The position numbers and the translations under genes are program-made. Source: Piromyces finnis finn (taxonomy: Eukaryota; Fungi; Neocallimastigomycota). Taken from it: a stretch of 64,000 nt of DNA. Below, one piece after another: positions 59,366 through 64,000 of the stretch; positions within the stretch are counted from its first letter, which is position 1, and each line of letters begins with the position of its first letter. The DNA lies in the NCBI GenBank assembly GCA_002104945.1, contig MCFH01000001.1, positions 1,364,001 through 1,428,000 of the forward strand. Direction: 5' to 3'. Under the pieces are notes generated by a model. The model saw only the letters and a list, made by a program, of their open reading frames with translations, did no database searches and was not told the origin of the DNA.

Positions 59366-62017
59366 TTCAAAAAAAAAAAAAATACCTTTGCTTTTGGTTT
59401 CTTTACTCCTTTTACTGATTTGATTTCGGCTTTTTCATAAAATTCCCTTACTTTTCCTTCCCTTGATTTTTCGACTTGTTCCATATATACCTGCATTGGC
59501 TTTTCACCAACTAATTTCATCAACGTACCTAAACCCTCGGCTGCACAATCACGAACATTACTATTACCATCAGATAAAGTCTATAATAAATCATATTAGG
59601 AATTGATATTTGTTTAAAGTTATTATATAAATTATTCATATATTATCATATTGTTTATTACTTTTAATAATCCCTCAGACAATATCTTTATTTGGTCTCT
59701 TTGAGGAATATTTTTTCCAGTTTTCAAGCAACGAATTAACCATTTAATACTTTCAGCTTTCACATTAGGATTTTTATTTTTCATTTTTTCTACAACTATT
59801 TCTGATATATCAGGAATTGTACACTAAAATATAAATGTCTCAATAAATGAGTTTAAATTTTTAATATAATTTAAAAGATTAGCTTACGCATATATATACT
59901 GCATCCAAAGCATTTGAAATTGCATCTATAACCGATTGTTTTTTTTCTTTTAATTTTTCTAATAATGGGTCCATAACCTATAAATTATTTTTAATAATGT
60001 TATTATTTTTCGTGTTAAAAAAATGAATAAACATATTATTTATTTTTATATATTTTCAATTATTTATCATATTTCAACATTCATTACCATATTTTTATAA
60101 GATGAAAATGAATTTCTTAAACCTTTAGCAATTTTTTCAATGCAGTTAGCAGCTAGCGTTACACATAATATATTTGGATCTGTCATACGCTTTTTAAAAT
60201 GTTAAATAATAATTAAAATTAACAAATAATAATTGAATTTGTGAAAATAATATTTACCATTAATATATTCTAAAACTATAAACCATAATTATGTATATTT
60301 AAAAAAAAAAAAAATAAATAAAATTAATTTACTTTAGATAAAGTTGACACTAATTCACCATATTTTCCTTCTTCATATTTTGGTGGACTTAATACATTCG
60401 ATAATTCTTCTAAGACAGCTTTTCTTTCCTTCCACTTAGTAGATTTCTTTATATAGTAATATTTATTATTATAATCAGTATATTTATTAATATATAAAAA
60501 AATTATATTAATTATAACCATTAATATTATATTACAATTGTATCATAGAACCCTTTTGGGATTTTATCTAAAACATTAACAGGGTCTTGAATATCATATA
60601 AATCAATTGGATCATCTTCCATATCATCACTATCTATATTATCTCCATCTATAATTTATATAGATATTACATAATATTAATTAAATAAATAAATTTCATT
60701 ATGTTAGCAAATTATTGATTTTACCAGCCATATCAACATCCATTTCTTGTTCTTGCGCTTCTTGTTGTGAGCGAAGTAAACGTTTTTGAGTTTTAGTTCC
60801 TACATTTTTACATTTTTCAAATTTTTCATGTAATTCTTTTACTTGAATTGGTTTTAATGGTTCTATAAATGAATTTATTCCTGGACCTATCCATTCATAA
60901 ATTTCTGTTGTCAATGCGAATGCCTATATTAAATAATAATTTTATTTTTATTCATTTAAAATAAATTCAAAAAGTAGTAAGAATATATATATATATAATA
61001 AAACACTATTTAATTTAATATATATTTAAAATATTAAATTCAAAACTACCTCTTCTCTAACTTTTTTATCAGAATGACCAAATATTTTTGGAATAATTTT
61101 TAGAATTGGTGCAATATTACAATTTTTAGTACCATAACATCTATTTTTATTTATATTATTAATAAAATTCAATATTTTATTAACCTTTAATAATATCCAA
61201 TATTTTATAAAGTCATACAACAAAATATTAAGTCATACTCTATTGCTTCTCTTAATGCTGAAATATTGGCTGCAACAACTTTTGGTGTTCTATGGTTTAT
61301 TTGAGGAATTATTTTTTCCTTTTATAAAATAAAATTCAATATGATTTATTACAATATATTTATAAAAAGAATAATTTATATTTACAATAACAGGGTCTGG
61401 AACATCAATTTCCATATATAATAATAATATTTCTATTCCTTTCATTCGTGCATCAGTTCTTGTTGAAGCAAGTACCTTTTCACAAATTACAGGAACAACA
61501 GTTCCTCTTGTTCTTTTAAATTGAAATTAAAATTATAATTATATTTAATTTTTATCATATATTATATTACATTATATATAAAAAATAATAATAAAGTTTC
61601 CAATTTAAAAATAGCAATATTTTAATTACTTTGTTGCAATTTCTTCGGGCGCATTTTCTAAATATGACTGTAAAGTGCCAAGTGCTGCTATTTGAGCAGG
61701 TAAATTAGAATCGCTTACCATTTTTTTAAAAAATGAAGTATAGTTTGAGAATTCATTTGAATCTTTAGGACATGTTTTGAATAATTTTGACATGTCTTCA
61801 CATGCTGAAACTCTTACTTTCCATAACTACAAAGAAAAATAAATGCATATTTTTAAAATATTGTATTAACATTAAATTATTTTATAAATACATTAATTTA
61901 TTAAAATCTTAAAATAAATTTCTTAATGTTTTAATATTTTTTATATTATAATTAACATACTTTATGAACAATTCTTTCTGTGATTGGAAGAGAAGAATAG
62001 TCTTCCTCATCTGCCAT
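53374..62017 (-). CDS. XMAP215/ch-TOG (CKAP5/Stu2/Alp14) microtubule polymerase with five TOG domains
   Basis: About 22 exons from MADEEDYSSLP (62017) to the stop at 53374. TOG motifs LWKVRVSA, STKWKERK, KVWKVRLA, SNWRSRKE and SHYKEKD...ILKYLTLRFCDTNT. TOG6-like region followed by terminal LKERLERMK. Confidence 0.93.
58110..58154. repeat. A45 homopolymer (T45 tract on the sense strand, abutting an intron acceptor)
   Basis: Seen directly. Confidence 0.9.
59017..59157. repeat. (TTA)n microsatellite with periodic TGT interruptions filling most of an XMAP215 intron
   Basis: Seen directly. It explains the poly-Asn and poly-Leu shadow ORFs. Confidence 0.92.
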
Positions 62018-62987
62018 TTTTCCTTTTAATATATTTTTTAATTAATTATTGTATTTAGTGTATATTTATATTTAAATAAAATAGTATTCTAAATGTTGAT
62101 GAAATGTCAAACTTATATATTAAAAAAAAAAAAAAAAAAAGTTATTGGTATATTTTGGTTGTTTCATCTATGATTAGATCTTATTAATAATAATAATAAT
62201 TTAAAAATTACTTTAATGATTTAACTTAATTGAATTTTGGTAAGATGTTTTGTTTTTATTATAATTAAATCATTTATGATTTTTATTTTCTAATATGAAT
62301 GTATTTCTTATTATCCCTTATAATTCAATGTAAATTTATAAATATTTTCTATAGGCAAAAATTTAAGGTATTTATTTTATAAATAAATAAAAATATATAA
62401 AATAAAATACTGAAAAAAAAAAAGAAGAAAATGATATATTGGTTTTAAAGATTAAATATTCAATTTAAAACAAAATTAGTTAAAATGAAATCTTTCCTAA
62501 ATTTTAACTATTTATTCTATAATTTTAAAATTTATTGTTAATATCTATAAAATAATTAAAAATATTATTTTCTTTTTTAAAATTTTATTTTTAAAAAAAA
62601 AAAATCTCAATTATATTTTTTTATTTTTTTTATATTCATAATATATAATAATATATATATTTAATTAATATATATATATAAATTTAATTTATTCATAAAT
62701 TAATTTTTTAAGAAGATATTTTATTTTTGAAATTTTTATTTTTTTATTTCTTTGTATATAATTATCTATTATAAATGTATTATGGAAAAAACATTATTAT
62801 GATAGTTTTTATTATCTTATATAATTGTTATTATAATTATAATTACTGGAAAAGTAAAAAATTATAAAATATTTAAAATCATCTTTTATTTTTAAAAACA
62901 TATTTCTTTAAGTAGCTAATTAAACTAATTAATTCACATTTTAATTATATATTAACTATTTGATTTTTCTTTAAAATCTAATTCATA

Positions 62988-64000
62988 TTAAGAATTCATT
63001 ATATATTCATTTGCAGATAAAAATGAACTGTTTCTTTTAATATTCACGGAAAACCGCTTTCCTAAAAACATATTCTTTTGCTTTCCATCAATATCCAATG
63101 ATGCTGTTGATAATTTTCTACTATGAGTGCCTACACTTGAAAATCTTCTTCCTGATGATTTTTCAAATAATGATGAAAAGAATTTCTTTTTTGTAGTACT
63201 TGCAACAGATTCAAATGAAGAATCTGAAATAGTAATACTTCCAGTATCGTCCTTTAATAAAATTGCTGGTTGATTTTTACTCATATATAAAGAGAGACAA
63301 AAACTTAATTTAAGTAATCCTATATTTTCAAGCCAATTTTTTTTATCAGTTCGTGATTTAGCTTTTAAAATATAAACATTATGCTGATTATATATTATTT
63401 TAATAATATTATCAAGATCTATATAAATATGAATACCATGATTAGTATATATTACTGAATATACAATATTTTTATATATTATTATCTCATTAATCTAAAT
63501 AATTACCAGATTCTGCTGTTTCGAAACAGTCAATAATATTACAACATTCATATGTAATTGGTGGAATACATAATATAGGAATATTCTTTCTCATTTTTAC
63601 AATCAAGATAAAATCAGTAAATGTATATGCTACAACTTCATTATTATGTCCATTTTTATCAATTAGTTGGAATTCTTGAATATTATATAATTTTCTTTTA
63701 TCACAAAATATATTAAATTTCTGTTATATTAAAAATATAATGTTTAATATTTAATAACAATAATATTAATACAAGAAATATCACAATTGCTTAATACATA
63801 CATAAAATACATTATTCCATTCAAGAATTTTTTCCAATTTTATGACTTTTTGTTTTGAATCCATTTCACCAACAGCTGTATTAACTTTTTTAGTTTCTTC
63901 ATCTATTTGAGATAAAAATGTGTTTATTGGATGTAATGGATAATTAATATATCCAGAAAGTCTTTTAAACAAAATTGAATATCTTGTAATTCTATGCATA
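62988..64000 (-). CDS. DH-PH Rho guanine-nucleotide exchange factor, 3' part only (5'-truncated by the window edge)
   Basis: End of a DH domain (MHRITRYSILFKRL...TKKVNTAVGE). PH-like exons (AYTFTDFILIVK; YILKAKSRTDKKNWLENI). Ser/Lys-rich tail to the stop at 62988. Confidence 0.72.

Overview
Intron-rich eukaryotic nuclear DNA of extreme AT content (by eye about 10% GC between genes and 25-30% in exons; GT-AG introns mostly 60-250 nt). The composition and gene set best fit an anaerobic gut fungus (Neocallimastigomycota); this is inference. Hand-splicing on both strands gives 15 protein-coding genes, 2 of them truncated by the window edges: Boi1/Pob1-like SH3-SAM-PH scaffold (+), Tom40 (-), Gyp1/TBC1D22 RabGAP (-), an unidentified ~1,200-aa multi-exon protein (-), FHIP/FAM160 (-), Psk1/Ypk3/p70-S6K-like kinase (-), Cdc20 (-), Naa30/Mak3 (+), UPF0538/C2orf76 (+), Nbs1 (+), KIAA0930/DUF2045 (+), a ~3,020-aa CH-CH plus spectrin-repeat protein (+), a tandem Zn-ribbon SSSCA1-like protein (+), a five-TOG XMAP215/ch-TOG (-) and a DH-PH RhoGEF 3' part (-). 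I found no rRNA, tRNA, CRISPR array, transposon ORF or obvious bacterial HGT gene. Many short ORFs in the supplied track are shadow or microsatellite ORFs. The most notable observations are: six minus-strand genes and six plus-strand genes diverging from one 390-bp spacer; the giant spectrin-repeat protein encoded mostly by an 8.5-kb exon; 10-, 13- and 14-nt micro-exons encoding essential kinase loops; Pro-rich loop insertions in Tom40; and the orphan nuclear protein. Family calls come from recalled motifs, not database searches. Some exon edges are approximate.
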